Positions 29,903 through 42,573 of a DNA stretch of 64,000 nucleotides are shown in pieces. The stretch spans positions 576,001-640,000 of the forward strand of contig CBDDEL010000017.1 in assembly GCA_965226885.1 (NCBI GenBank), written 5' to 3'. Numbering within the stretch: the stretch's first letter is position 1; the number at the start of each line of letters is the position of its first letter. Below the pieces are notes generated by a model that saw only the letters and a program-made list of their open reading frames with translations, did no database searches and was not told where the DNA came from. Origin of the DNA: Opitutales bacterium. Lineage in GTDB: Bacteria; Verrucomicrobiota; Verrucomicrobiia; Opitutales; UBA2987. The translations under genes were made by a program, and so were the position numbers.

Positions 29903-31584
29903 CGCTCCCGATTCTTCCACACTATCGTTTAGGTGACTCTTGCAGCGGCGTGAATTCTACAACTTGGCTATATTCCTCATAAGCCTTTTCGGCTTCGGAC
30001 AGTACCGAAGTCGCTTCTGCAAAATTTTCTTCGTTGGCCAAATTTTCAAGTGTTTTCATACACTCACGCAGTTTGACGGCCTCCAAATTGGCGGCGGAAC
30101 CCTTCACAGTGTGGGTGTAGCCAGCCAAAGCCTTGGCGTCTTTATTTTCTATAGCTGCCTTCATTTCCGACAAATGTTTTAGCGTATCGCTGAGAAAATA
30201 TTTCTGTATCTCGCCAATTAGTTCAATATTGCCTCCAAACCGGTCTAATAATTTTTCCTCGTCAATGATCACCTCCTGGCCAGAGTTCTTCTGCTCATCC
30301 GGCTTGCCGGTCGAATGTTTTTTTTGTTTTGAGAGTTGCCTTTCAATGGCCTCCAAAAGGTCATCGGGGCGCACTGGCTTGGGGACAAAGTCATTCATTC
30401 CCACTTTCAGGCACTCTTTCTTTTCCTTGGGCATGGCGTGGGCGGTCATAGCGATGATGGGCAAATCGGGCCTGTAAATTTCGGAATTTTTGTCGCGCAG
30501 TATCCTCGTCGCCCCGTAACCGTCCATTTCGGGCATTTGCAGGTCCATTAGAACGAGGTCGTAAGGAATCATTTGGAGGACATTTATCGCTTCCAGGCCG
30601 TTGGCCACGGTATCGGCTTTGAAGCCCAGGTTTTCCAATATGCCCAAAGCCACTTTTTGATTTACGATATTGTCTTCCACTACCAATATGCGGGTATTGC
30701 GGTGCAAATCATTGGTTTTCTGATCAGTTTTCCTTTTTTTGGAGCGCGAGAGGGCCAGGCTTTTTGGATCGGAATTAATGGCCGTTATGAGTGCGTTATA
30801 CAATACAGAGCGTTTTGCCGGTTTACTCAAACAATTGGCAAAACCGATTTTTTTATAATCGCCCCACTCGAGGTGGTCCCCAATGGAAGTGAGCATTACA
30901 AGGATGATCTGGCATAATGCCGGATCCTCCTTAATATGCTGTCCAAGAATTTTTCCATTCATTTCGGGCATCATCATGTCTATAATACCCATATCGTAAG
31001 GTTCGCCCCGGGCTGTCGCATCGCGTAGCATCTGCAGTGCGGTTTGTCCATCGGGAGCTTCTCCGAAATGGCAATCCCAGGAGCGAATCTGTTCGCGCAG
31101 CACCATGCGATTGGTTGTGTTGTCATCAACTATAAGGATTTTCTTTCCTCGTATATCAGTCTCGGTTTGAACTTTAACGGGGGTTTGGCAGGCTTGCTTT
31201 TGGAAAACCACTGTAAACCAGAAATGGGAGCCTTTATTCAATTCGCTTTCCACCCCGATCTCCCCTCCCATCAATGCGCAAATTCTTTTGGAGATGGCCA
31301 GACCCAGTCCGGTCCCGCCGTATTTACGGGTTGTGGAGGCATCCAGTTGGCTGAACTTGGCAAAGAGGTCCTTCAGTCGGGCGCCGGGAATGCCAATGCC
31401 GGTGTCCTCTACTGTAAAGCGAAGATTTGCCGTGGTTTCGGTTTCTTCTTTCACCTCAACAATGACCACCACTTCACCGGTGGAGGTAAATTTAACGGCA
31501 TTGGAAATTAGATTGTTGAGAATCTGCAAAAGTCTTCCCGGGTCTCCTTGCAAATAAACAGGAACTTTATTTTTTATCTGGTAT

Positions 31585-32894
31585 CACTAGTGTCCAGTTA
31601 AAAGCCCTTGAGCATCAACTGGTTGTGTAATGCTAAGTTTGGCTTTCTTGTTTCGAACTTTGCAAGTAGTTGATATACAGGATCTTTTTGAAAGACGTTC
31701 ACACTCAAAACTTGCAGAATCCGACTCAGACTTTCAGTGACTCCATGCACTTTTTTCAAACAGGCGACCATGAGATAAACGCATATGGCTACCCAAATTT
31801 GGGTCTTCACGGCGTTTTCGGTGGTGCCGTAGAAAGCCTTGATGCGGAGGTTTTGCTTGATCCACTTAAAGAACAGCTCAATGCGCCAGCGGCTTTTGTA
31901 AATGGCCGCGATAGTCAAGGCGGGCAAGGTGAAGTTGTTGGTGAGGAAGACCAGCCTCTGGCCAGTTGCGCCATCGCGGTAGCGAATGCGCCGGAGCTTG
32001 CCGGGGTATTGGCTTTTGCTTTTGGCGACTTTCAATCCGATGATCTGGTCGCAACTGATTCCGCTGGATCGGTCCACGGGTTGGGAAGCACTAACGTAAA
32101 AACTCATATTGCTTTTGGCGCGGGTGACGAAGAAGGCAGCAGCCAAATGGATGCGAAAGAGCCGCTGAAAATCGACGTAACCACGATCCATTACGTAAAT
32201 GCTTGCGGGTTCAAAAGCCAGTTCATCAAGGATGTTCACGTCATGCACGCTTGCGTCTGTAATACTGATGAATATAGGGATGGAGCCACGCAAGTCCATC
32301 ATCGTATGCAGTTTGATGGCCGCCTTGGTGCGGCGAAATGTTGCCCACGAAAACAACGACAGGCACAGGTCTATGGTCGAGGCATCCAGGGCATAAACCA
32401 TCTCGTCTACATTCAATCCAATCGCGTCTTGGGCATACAAACGGCGCGCCTTGGCGATGAGCACTTGAGCCAATGCTTCGTAAAGGCGCCAGTTGCGATG
32501 CTCGTTGGCGTAGGCCAAGTTCGTGCGTGTCACATTGCCCCGGATTCCCATCGCATACAAGTGAGGACTTCCCCGCAGACACGCCTCGATGTCACGCAAA
32601 CTCTCACGGAATGTCATTTGCGCAAAGGCCATGCTCAAGAACTGATCACGGGCACTGAAACTACGACTGGTTCTTGGCATGGGATAAAGACTAACGCAGC
32701 GTTCGAACTGTTCGCGATGGAGCAAATCCATCGCCTGCGTGAATGCAAGGCGGCCTTCGTTCATGCTGCCCAGTCTCAAAAAGGGTGCGGAAAGCGCCAG
32801 CCAACTTCAAATGCGTCACATCCATGTGGCTACTCAACAAACACATCATCAACGAAATACGACTTTAGACTGGCCGCTTAACTGGACACTAGTG
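31585..32894 (-). mobile_element. IS4-family element (1310 bp) with transposase 31598..32779
   Basis: IRs CACTAGTGTCCAGTTAA; 9-bp target duplication ATCTGGTAT; ALDASTID, MDRGY, YKSRWRIELFFKWIKQ. Confidence 0.95.
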
Positions 32895-33231
32895 ATCTGG
32901 TATATAAATTCAAGACCTTTTTCCTGGGCCTTTAAAGCTAGTGGTTGGCATATTTCCTCGATCATGGCGCTCAAATCGAAATCAATTTTTTCCAGTTCAA
33001 TTTTGCCTGCTTTAATCTTGGAATAATCAAGGATATCATTGATTATGTTTAGCAGGGTGTCCGCGCTGTTTCTGACGATTTCGGCATACTCACGCTGCTT
33101 GGGTTTCAAGTCCAGGTCGAGAAGGAGCCCGGTCATGCCAATGATCCCGTTCATGGGAGTTCGAATTTCGTGGCTCATGGTGGCTAAAAAATCACTTTTA
33201 GCTCTATTCGATTTTTCCGCATCGTCTCTAG

Positions 33232-34809
33232 CCCGGATATTTCGTAAAAAAAGTATCGTTGATATGCTTAACTGCTGATATACAGCAGGATAGATCAATA
33301 ATTAAAGCAATATCAGCGATGACAAAAGGTAAACAATTAAAGCTACAGTTGACAAGGGTAAAAGGCCGCCGTGTGCGGGTTGATTTCAAGGGCGGAGAGG
33401 TTACTTCGGATGCCGGACTGCTTTTGATCCGGGAAGTGGATCGGCAGTTGGGCTTGACCGAACGAGCGGCCCGACAGTTAGTGGACAAACGGCAGAAGGG
33501 CAAAGTACGCCATGAGGTATTGGGGATGCTGCGGCAGCGCGTTTACGGGCTGGTGGCGGGCTATGAGGATTTGAACGACTTTGATACCCTGCGCCACGAT
33601 CCATTGTTGCAAACGGTAACGGGGCGCATTGAAACGTTGGCCAGCGCGCCGACTTTGTGTCGTTTTGAAAACGGGCAGGATCGGCGGGCGGCCTTTGCGG
33701 TAAACGAGCTGTTGGTCGAACAGTTCATGGGCTCCTTTGCCGAGGAACCCGAAGAGATCATCCTGGACTTTGACGCCACCGACAATCCGGTGCACGGGCT
33801 CCAGGAGGGACGTTTTTTCCACGGTTATTATGATCATTACTGTTTTCTGCCGCTATATGTTTTTTGCGGTGATCAGCTGCTGGTGGCCTACCTGCGGCCG
33901 AGCAAGATCGATGCCAGCAAGCATGCCGGGGCCATCCTCAAATTGCTGGTTAAACGGATTCGCCAAAGCTGGCCCCGTACGCGGATTATTTGGCGCGCCG
34001 ACAGTGGATTTTGTCGAGACCGGATACTCTCTTGGTGCGACCGCAACGAAGTTAGTTACATCGTGGGGATGGCTCGCAATGCACGCTTGCAGCAAGACGC
34101 CCAGCAGTTGCAAAAGCAGGCCAAAGAATGGTTCGAACTAAGGGGTGAAAAACAACGGTTATTCCAGGACTTCGTCTATGCTGCCGATTCGTGGCGATGG
34201 CTGCGGTTGGTCATCCATAAAGCCGAACACACCGCACAGGGGTCCAACCCGCGCTTCGTGGTGACGAACCTGCCGGGCGATCCCCAGGAGCTTTACGACA
34301 AGGTATACTGTGGCCGCGGTGAAATGGAGAACCGAATCAAGGAACAGATGCAATTGTTCAGCGAGCGCACCAGCGCCCATCAATGGTGGGCCAATCAGTG
34401 GCGATTGCTCTTGTCGGCGCTGGCCTACACCTTGATGGAAGCCATGCGCCGGTTAGCCTTAAAAGGGACGAAGTGGGCGCGGGCCCAATGCCACACCCTG
34501 CGGCTCAAATTAATCAAGATCGGAGCGGTCATCGTGCGCAACACCCGAACGATTCACTTTCACCTAAGTGAGAGTTATCCTTGGGCCAGTCTTTTCAACC
34601 ATGCGGCCCGCCGATTGGTGCCAACCTAAAGGGTGCATTGGTGCTGCCCCCGGCACTACCGAACCAATGGGGGAAAGGGGGCAGTGTCTCTACACCCTGA
34701 AAAACACCTAAAAATCAAGACGATCTGCTCAAAATACAAAGAAATCCATCTCCAATAGCAATAACGAGCCAAACACGAGCCAAACTTTACCCTTCATGAA
34801 ATATCCGGG
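33232..34809 (+). mobile_element. IS1380-family element, copy 2 (1578 bp, intact transposase ~33319..34629)
   Basis: CCCGGATATTTC ends, CTAG target duplication; LDFDATD, RADSGF, RGEMENRIKE. Confidence 0.95.
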
Positions 34810-35010
34810 CTAGCATTATGCAGCCTGATGTTGGCCTGATTGAGATCGAAGGTCATCTTGTTAAAGGCATGTGCCAGGTCGCCCAGTTCATCCTTTGATC
34901 GGACATCAATGCAGTGCTCCAGATTGCCCTGTGCGAACTCCTCTGTTCCTACGATTAGAGAATCGATGCCGCTTGTAATTACCTTTCGCATCCTGCGGCT
35001 GAACATGAAC

Positions 35011-36338
35011 TGACGTGTACTGGATTTGTTGGACACGGGATTCTCTTATATTCATTGTTTATTGATTAGTGTGTCAGGCGGCTTGTTTTGGTAAAGGGTT
35101 TTGTTTTCTCGTTGCCCCCCATGGGGGGCAAATATTTTCCTCGAATTGGACTGGGCTTTGGTAACTCAGAGAGGAATGTTTGCGATATCGGTTGTAGAAG
35201 ATTTCCACGTATTCGAAGACAGTTGATCGCAGTTCGCGCTCGTCGGCAAAGTGGCGGCCTCGAATCGTGCTGGTCTTGAAGCGGCCGTAGAACGATTCCA
35301 TGGCCGCGTTGTCGTAGCAGTTGCCTTGGGCGCTCATGCTCGGCTTCATGCCTAGTTCAGAGACCAGCCTCTGATAGTCGTCGCTGGCGTAGGGGCTGCC
35401 CCGATCGCTGTGATGAATAATCCCGGTGCGCAGTGTGCCGCGGGTCATGGCCGCGGCTTTGAGGGCCTTGCCAACCAGCTTCGCGTCGTTGTGGTTGGAA
35501 ACGCTCCAGCCCAGCAGGCGTCGGCTGAACAGGTCCATCACCGTGGCCAAGTACATCCAACCGGCCAGGGTCCGTAGGTAGGTCGTGTCCGCCACCCAGA
35601 CCTCGTCGATATGGGTCGGCTGGCCATGCTTTTTAAGCACATTGGGGCTGTAACCATAGGGATGGTTACTGTTGGTTTTTAATGGCTTAAAGCGTTTACT
35701 CTGGGTGCTTTTGATTCCCATTTCACGCATCAGACGCAGAGCCCGGTCACGGCCGCAATCGATGCCCTCATCATCCTTCAGATGGCGGTGCATTGGCCGA
35801 TGCCCATAGCGGCCCTTGGCCTCTTTGTGTACCTTCAGGATCGCCCCCTTGATTCCCTCGTCCTCGATCCGCCGGGCCGAGGGCGCTCGGTGCCTCCAGC
35901 AGTAATAGCCACTGCGACAAATCCCCATCGCCGAGCATATTTCCTCGATCTTGAAGCGCCCCTCGTTGTCTTTGACAAACTGGTACTTCATTGTTCGTCC
36001 TTGGCACAGTAGCCCACCGTTTTTTTTAGTATCTGGTTGATCCGCTCCGAGCGGCGCAGCTCTTTGCGAAGACGATCTATCTCGGCCGCCATCTCCTTCG
36101 GACTGCTCTGTCGCTTTGAGGTGGCTTCGCCCTGCTGATCGTCCAGATAGAGCCTCTTCCACCTATACAATTGGTTGGTGTTGACCCCAAGTTTGGTCGA
36201 TACCTCGGTGGCGCTCAGACCATCGAGTATCATCAGTTGAACTGCCTCATTTTTGAACTCTATACTAAAGCGTCTTCTTCCCATGCTTCGATTCTCCATT
36301 TAGGAGAATCTCGTGTCCACTTTTTCCAGTGCACATCA
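35011..36338 (-). mobile_element. IS3-family element, copy 3 (1328 bp; orfA 35988..36299, orfB 35074..35991)
   Basis: Same ends as the other copies; 4-bp target duplication GAAC. Confidence 0.95.
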
Positions 36339-36391
36339 GAACGAGATCGCCACGGTCAGAAGTCCTATAACCATAATGACGACCATATTTA

Positions 36392-38208
36392 GAGGCTGTC
36401 CCAAAAGGGTGATTTTTGCGAGGGCTTTTGATAGGCGCTCATTTCAGAGGTATTTGCATTTGGGAGAGTATCAACTTTGCTCTCCTATGACGTTAGGATA
36501 CTGGTTTTGGGGTCCGGTTGCCTGGTTTTCTTTGTATGAGCCGACAGTAAGGCTGTGAAAAAGTATTGTCCTTGCTTTTCCGCTCTCTAGGCCGCCGCTT
36601 TGGTTTTTAGTTCGTCTTGCTGGGCCAGCATCTTGGCTACTTTCCATAGGTTGTGCGAGAGTACCGACCAGGCTACGCTGATCGAGCGGTTGGCAAAGCC
36701 TTTGCTGCGCAACCGCCCGGCCTGCCAGCGATTCTTCAATACCCCGATCCGCCCTTCGGTGCTGGCCCGGCGCTTTTGCAATTGTCTGAACAGTGGTTCC
36801 TCCATCCGTTTTTTCAACTGCTTCGGATCGCGTGGACAGAGCGCGTCGTAGATTCCCTCCTGGGCTAACTGCCGGCGGGCCCGCTGGGAGGCAAATCCCC
36901 GGTCCGCGCACATGGCCGCTATGGGTTCTTCCAGGTTGAAGCGGTTCTGTCTTTGCAAACTCTCTTGCATTTGTTCATTTTCGCTTGGAGTTCGGCTGCC
37001 GTAGAGTTTCCAGTCCAGCAGGTACCCTTCAACGCTTTCTCCCAAAAACAGGGTGTTGCCGAACTCGACCTCTTGGCCCGCTTTACCTCGCACAATCACC
37101 TGCCCATCGAGTTCGTAAACACTCAAGACTTTCTCTGCGTTTTTCACCTGGCGGCGGCCAATGATCCGCTCGTGCGCCTGTTTGATGACCACCGGGATTT
37201 GCTCGCTCATGCGCTCCATCCGGGCGAGGATCTGTTGGACCTGTTTTTCGCTGTAATCGCTTTGCTCCCAGCAGGCTTGCAATAATTCCCGGTGACTGCG
37301 GGCATGCTCCCCGATCCGTTTGAGCAGCTTTTTCATCTGCCTCAAGATACCCTTGCGCTGCCGCGCGCTGTCCTTTCGCCGCCGGCTGTGGGTCATCTGT
37401 ATGCACAGCCGATTCATCTGCCGAGCCAAGGGCTCCGGTTCGATCGGCATGCGATGGCGCAAACCGGCCTTCTCGCGGATCAGCCGGATCGCTTTGAGCA
37501 ACGTGCCGGCTACATCCTTGAGTAATACCCAGTCCGTCGGCCAATGAATGTTAGCCTCCAAACAGGTGCCGTCGATCAGGCAAATGGTGGGGTCAATCGG
37601 CTTGTCCAATCCCACCTGCCGGGCCAGAAGGGCATCGCCCACCACCTCAGTCAAGGTCCGGTGCAAGGCCCTCAACTGCTCTTCGCTGAAAAACTTCGAG
37701 GCCCGCTCCAGGGTGCTTTTGGAGATGCCCCTGATGCCATCGATCTGCCGGACACGGCAAAAGTCGGCCAACAGATCGCTGCTGCCCAGAGCCCGCGACA
37801 AATGCCGAAACGAGATCCCTCCGAGCAGACGGCCCAGCGTATCCATGCGCAGTGCCTTGATGGCAAAACTGGCCCGCTGCCGCCGGGCCTTTAGACCCAT
37901 TGGCTGCCACCCCTCCAAGGCCAGCTCAATGGCCTGCGATTCCACCTCCGAGTCGATCAGCAGCCGATCGATTCGATCAATGGTGGCGCGGAAGTTATCG
38001 TAATCGAGGCACCGGTCGACCACAGTTAAAGCTGGACGCAGGAGGCATTGGATGGCTATATTTTTCATAGAAAGGGCTATATTGATTTTCGCTAACTCAA
38101 TTATAGAACCCTTTTTTGGCCGGATCGAGCAAAAACTTGCTCTTTCCGGCTCTTTTTATCAACGTCATCCAGTTGACTATAAAATCTTTATATTTTTGGG
38201 ACAGCCTC
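36392..38208 (-). mobile_element. IS5-family element, copy 2 (1817 bp; transposase 36587..38068)
   Basis: IRs GAGGCTGTCCCAAAA; TA on both flanks. Confidence 0.93.
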
Positions 38209-39234
38209 TAGTTACCCTGCCCGACAATTGCGCTTCTTCCGCGGCGCGTTTGGTGTCCTGTAAGATTAAGGGTTTAATTTGGTTGTCCAGGATAGTGTCG
38301 ATATTTTCCAGGTAATCTTCATATGTATTTAACTTCTCATGCAACCCATCGGTGAGCATTACGATCTCGTTTCCGTACTTCTTTGCTTCGCTAAAGATTT
38401 TTTCAACCTCATTGACCCATTGATTCTCGTTGGCCGACATGCGGGTACCGTTATATTGGACTAAGGCCTCATTGAAGTCCTCTACCGAATCGTCTATCTT
38501 CACTCTGAATTTAAGGCTTGGTTCCAGGATATAACTCTTGATGGCGGCAATCGTCTCATCGATGTTGATTTCCATAGCACGGGTGGCTTCAAGCTTGGTC
38601 ATTCCGTCGGGGCTGGATTTGTCGATGGCAGGCTGTAGTTTATCGTCGATTAATACATCGATGGTATCGACGTATTCATGTAATTGCGCCAGATTGCCAA
38701 ATCGCTGCTTTTCCAGCGTCGTAATCTCATCACCCAGCACTTTGAATTCTTTATAAATCCTGGTGACTTCCTCCTCCGTCTCGGCCAGTGGCTCGAACTT
38801 CTTTGCGAAATGCTCGAAGACGCGTTCGGAGTCATGCATTTTGAGGATGTGGTTCTCTTTATCGTTCAAAATGTAATCAAATACCTCCCGTGCGGTTTCC
38901 CCGGCGTTGACCTCCATCTCAAGGATAGCCCGTTCAAGCGGCTCATTGACTTCAACCAATTTTTTTACATTCCCAGCCATAAGCATAACCATGTAGCTGA
39001 CGACAACTATATTGACGAAAATCAGCCCGGTAATAATGGCTGCATTAAGTTTGAATCTTTGAACGATTTTTATGGTTCTGCCTTTCTAATTCCTCGTTTA
39101 AATCCAGATATTTTCTTGTTTTATCGGCTTTGCCGTCGGTCCTTCTAGTGATTTTTGTGAAATTCCAATAAATTTCACCAACCTCCCGGAAAATGGGAGA
39201 GACCGGCACACTATTCAGCCCTATGGGCCGGGAA

Positions 39235-40464
39235 TTAGAGCAACTTTCTGCTCACCTCGGTGGTGGCAACCAGTTTGCCGCCGTGGATGACATGCGTTTT
39301 GGCCGACTGAAACTGCAATGCCTGATGCCAATTTTCGGCCTCCAGGATTATAACGTCGGCCCGTTTCCCGACTTCCAGTCCATAATCGCTTAAACCGATG
39401 GCCCGGGCCGGGACGTCCGTTACCATGGAAAGAACCTGGCCGGTCTCTTCCGGCCAGGCAAGTTGGCCGACGGTGGCCAGGTAGTGGGCCACTTCCAGCA
39501 TGTCGTTGCGTCCGAACGGGTAATACCAGTCGTCGATGTCGTCCTGGGCGGTCGCCACGGGCACCCCGGCAGCCAGTAGTTCCTTAATGCGGGTGCAGCC
39601 CCGCGGGGCCGGCTGGCTGGCAATGTGGGTCGTTACGAGCGAGACGTGAGCATTGTGAAAAACCGTTATCCCAGCCTCCTTGACCAGAGCGATAACACGG
39701 GCCGCATGAGCATCGTCATAGAAGCCCAGGGCGTTGCACTGGGTGGCGCAAACGCGGCCCTCCATATTCAACTGAATGGTTCGTGCGGCGACATATTCTA
39801 GGGTGCGGGAAGTGGGGTCTTCGGTGTCGTCGCAAACGAAATGGAGGTCGCAGTCGCATTGCTGAGCCAACCGAAAGCACATTTCCACATGGTCTTTCCG
39901 GAATGGTTCGGTGCGCTCAATCCAGGGGATTCCGCCCACCAGGTCTGCGCCCATTTCCATGGCCCGCAGCATGATATCCTCGGTGCCCCGGCCATTGTAA
40001 ACGCCATCCTGGGGAAAGGCCGCCACCTGAGTTTGTATGGTGCCGCAGTATTTTTTCTTAACTTGCAAAACGGCTTCCAATGCGCGGGTTCCCGCCGCTT
40101 CATCCACATCGACAAAAAGCCGGATTGCACCGGTGCCATTTAAAATGGCCAGCTTGATTGTTTCTTCCACCCGCTCGAAGACCTCCTCCACGGTGTAGGC
40201 ACGTTTGACATGGGCCGCCGCCTCGAAACGGGATAGTTTTTTCACGTTATCCGGCTGCAGGGCGAGGGCTCGCCGCCAGAAAGACTTGGCCACATGCAGG
40301 TGGCCGTTGACAAATGATGGTAGCGCCAGCTTGCCGGAGGCATCAATTATCCGAGCGTTTTCAGCAGTTAAATTTGGACTGATATGAACAATCCGGTTTC
40401 CCTCAATACCGATATCGGCAACGGACCCATCGCGCAGAAACGCGTTCTGGATGATCAGGTCCAT
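39235..40464 (-). CDS. Cytosine/creatinine deaminase-like metal-dependent amidohydrolase
   Basis: [38 protein letters not shown]. Confidence 0.85.
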   Translation of the reverse strand: MDLIIQNAFLRDGSVADIGIEGNRIVHISPNLTAENARIIDASGKLALPSFVNGHLHVAKSFWRRALALQPDNVKKLSRFEAAAHVKRAYTVEEVFERVEETIKLAILNGTGAIRLFVDVDEAAGTRALEAVLQVKKKYCGTIQTQVAAFPQDGVYNGRGTEDIMLRAMEMGADLVGGIPWIERTEPFRKDHVEMCFRLAQQCDCDLHFVCDDTEDPTSRTLEYVAARTIQLNMEGRVCATQCNALGFYDDAHAARVIALVKEAGITVFHNAHVSLVTTHIASQPAPRGCTRIKELLAAGVPVATAQDDIDDWYYPFGRNDMLEVAHYLATVGQLAWPEETGQVLSMVTDVPARAIGLSDYGLEVGKRADVIILEAENWHQALQFQSAKTHVIHGGKLVATTEVSRKLL

Positions 40465-41300
40465 TTCATCGACTTGAAAGCCTCAACTTGCTCGGTGATG
40501 GCTCGCTCGGTGGGCAGGCGTTCAATACTGCTGGCCCCGAAAAACCCGGCCACTCCCTCCGTGTGGTCAAGAATGTACTGGGCATCGGGCGGCTCGCTGA
40601 TCGGTCCCCCGTGGCAGATCACGAGAATGTCTGCCCGTTTCGACTTGGCGGCATCGTGGATGGCCTGAATTTCTGCCGCGCTTTGCTCGAGGGTCTTGGC
40701 CGTATGGGCGCCGATGGTCCCCTTGGTTGTCAGCCCCATATGCGCCACCAGTACATCCGCTCCTGCCCGCACCATGGCCAAGGCCTCCTCAATCGTAAAA
40801 ACGTAGGGTGTGGTCAGCAAATCGAGTTTGTGTGCCTCGGCAATCATATCGACTTCCTTGCCGAATCCCATGCCGGTTTCCTCCAGATTCTGGCGAAAAA
40901 TGCCGTCGCACAGCCCGACCGTGGGAAAATTTTGCACACCGGAAAACCCGATCTCCTTGATTTGCCGCAAAAAGACCGGCATGAGGCGAAACGGATCGGT
41001 CCCGCAAACGCCCGCCAGGACCGGTGTTTCCCGAACCACGGGGAGGACTTCAGCCGCCATTTCCACCACGATGGCATTGGCGTCGCCATAGGGCATGCAG
41101 CCGGAGAGGGAACCGTGCCCGGCCATGCGAAAACGCCCGGAGTTGTAAATGACGATCAAGTCGGCCCCGCCCGCTTGGGCGCATTTGCCGGACAGACCGG
41201 TGCCCGCGCCCGCCCCGATAATGGGCCTTCCCGCTTCCACCTGGGCGCGCAGTCCGGCCAGAATTTTTGATCGTGATTTTGCGATGGATGAATTGCTCAT
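40455..41300 (-). CDS. TIM-barrel (PEP hydrolase-like) protein, partner of Tm-1-like proteins
   Basis: [42 protein letters not shown]. Confidence 0.9.
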   Translation of the reverse strand: MSNSSIAKSRSKILAGLRAQVEAGRPIIGAGAGTGLSGKCAQAGGADLIVIYNSGRFRMAGHGSLSGCMPYGDANAIVVEMAAEVLPVVRETPVLAGVCGTDPFRLMPVFLRQIKEIGFSGVQNFPTVGLCDGIFRQNLEETGMGFGKEVDMIAEAHKLDLLTTPYVFTIEEALAMVRAGADVLVAHMGLTTKGTIGAHTAKTLEQSAAEIQAIHDAAKSKRADILVICHGGPISEPPDAQYILDHTEGVAGFFGASSIERLPTERAITEQVEAFKSMKWT

Positions 41301-41310
41301 TTTGCAGTTA

Positions 41311-42519
41311 TTAATCCTTTTTCATTAGTTGAAGTAATTCCTTCCAGACCGCCTCGGCAAAGGATGGGTGGTTGATGTCCACGTTCAATTCATGGACTGG
41401 GATATCGGGCCGGAGGTTATCCTTGATGGCTGAAAAAAGGGCTTCGTCGGCCTCGGGCCAATGGAAGGGCTGGCCCTCCATGGCGATGACCGATATTCCC
41501 TTGAGGGGCAGGAAAACCGCCGCCGGTCCGGTTGAAAGGTTGATCTTTCGAGAAAAGATACGCCCCAGTTCGGCGCATTCCTCCGGGGTCGTGCGCATCA
41601 GGGTGATGTTCGGGTTGTGCTCGTAAAAGAGACGCCCCTCGAATTTGGGCGGGATGGTGCCGGGCGCCCAGAAGTTGACCATGTCCAGGCAGCCGGGAGC
41701 CGCCACCGTCGGAACGCCGCCTCTGGCCGCCGCCTCCATACGTTTCGGGCCGGCCTTTAAAACACCACCCACCAATTCATCCGCCCACTCGGTCGTGGTT
41801 ACGTCGAGCACACCGGATATGAAGCCGTCTTCGACCAGACTTTCCATGGTTTTGCCACCCGTCCCGGTGGCGTGAAATATGAGGACTTCGTAACCGGCTT
41901 GCTCCAGCGCTTTGCTCGCCGCCTGCACACAATCGGTTGTGTTGCCGAACATGGAGGCGGCAATGAGCGGACGGTCTTCGCCTGCGGGCACAACCGTTTC
42001 GGCCATTCCACAAACGCAACCGGCGGCCTGTGAAATCACCTGCCGCGAAATCCGGTTGATCCCGCTCACATCGACAATGGAGGGAACCATGACGATGTCC
42101 TTGACCCCTACATAATCGGAGACATCAGTGCCCGCCACGGTCGAAACCATCACTTTGGGGACGCCTAGAGGCAGGGCCCGCATGGCCGCCGTCCCCACCG
42201 AAGTGCCCGCGCTGCCGCCCATGCTGATGAGTGCGTCGCATTTTTTCTCGTGCCACAGACCGGCCACGATTTCGCAAATCCCACCGGCCATGGCGGCGAC
42301 GGCCCGACCGCGGTCGTGGGCGGCGGCCAGCTCCGCCAGACTCTCGCCGCCCGCGGAGGCCACCTCATCGGCCGTGACATCGGGCCTCAAATGGGTTGAT
42401 CCCTTGATCCCGACATCGATGACCAACGTTTTATGGCCCCGCTGTTCGATTTGATCTTTTAAAAACGCAAATTCCGCTCCCTTCGTGTCCAGGGCTCCAA
42501 TGATGGCGATAACCGGCAT
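41311..42519 (-). CDS. Tm-1-like ATP-binding domain protein (UPF0261)
   Basis: [39 protein letters not shown]. Confidence 0.9.
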   Translation of the reverse strand: MPVIAIIGALDTKGAEFAFLKDQIEQRGHKTLVIDVGIKGSTHLRPDVTADEVASAGGESLAELAAAHDRGRAVAAMAGGICEIVAGLWHEKKCDALISMGGSAGTSVGTAAMRALPLGVPKVMVSTVAGTDVSDYVGVKDIVMVPSIVDVSGINRISRQVISQAAGCVCGMAETVVPAGEDRPLIAASMFGNTTDCVQAASKALEQAGYEVLIFHATGTGGKTMESLVEDGFISGVLDVTTTEWADELVGGVLKAGPKRMEAAARGGVPTVAAPGCLDMVNFWAPGTIPPKFEGRLFYEHNPNITLMRTTPEECAELGRIFSRKINLSTGPAAVFLPLKGISVIAMEGQPFHWPEADEALFSAIKDNLRPDIPVHELNVDINHPSFAEAVWKELLQLMKKD

Positions 42520-42573
42520 AGCGCAAAAAAATATTTAATCGCCCCAAACATTGTCAAGCAACCCTCGTTGCAT

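Larger units (their letters stand above)
29922..39073 (-). pseudogene. Hybrid sensor histidine kinase (TM-periplasmic-TM-HAMP-HisKA-HATPase-REC-REC-HPt) interrupted by four IS elements
   Basis: Segments 39073-38209, 36391-36339, 35010-34810, 33231-32895 and 31584-29922 rejoin into one frame; [33 protein letters not shown]. Confidence 0.92.

Noticed and set aside
29922..31553. Standalone 543-aa response regulator
   Set aside because: It is the 3' fragment of the disrupted hybrid kinase
31670..32881. 403-aa plus-strand ORF
   Set aside because: Antisense shadow of the IS4 transposase with no recognisable motifs
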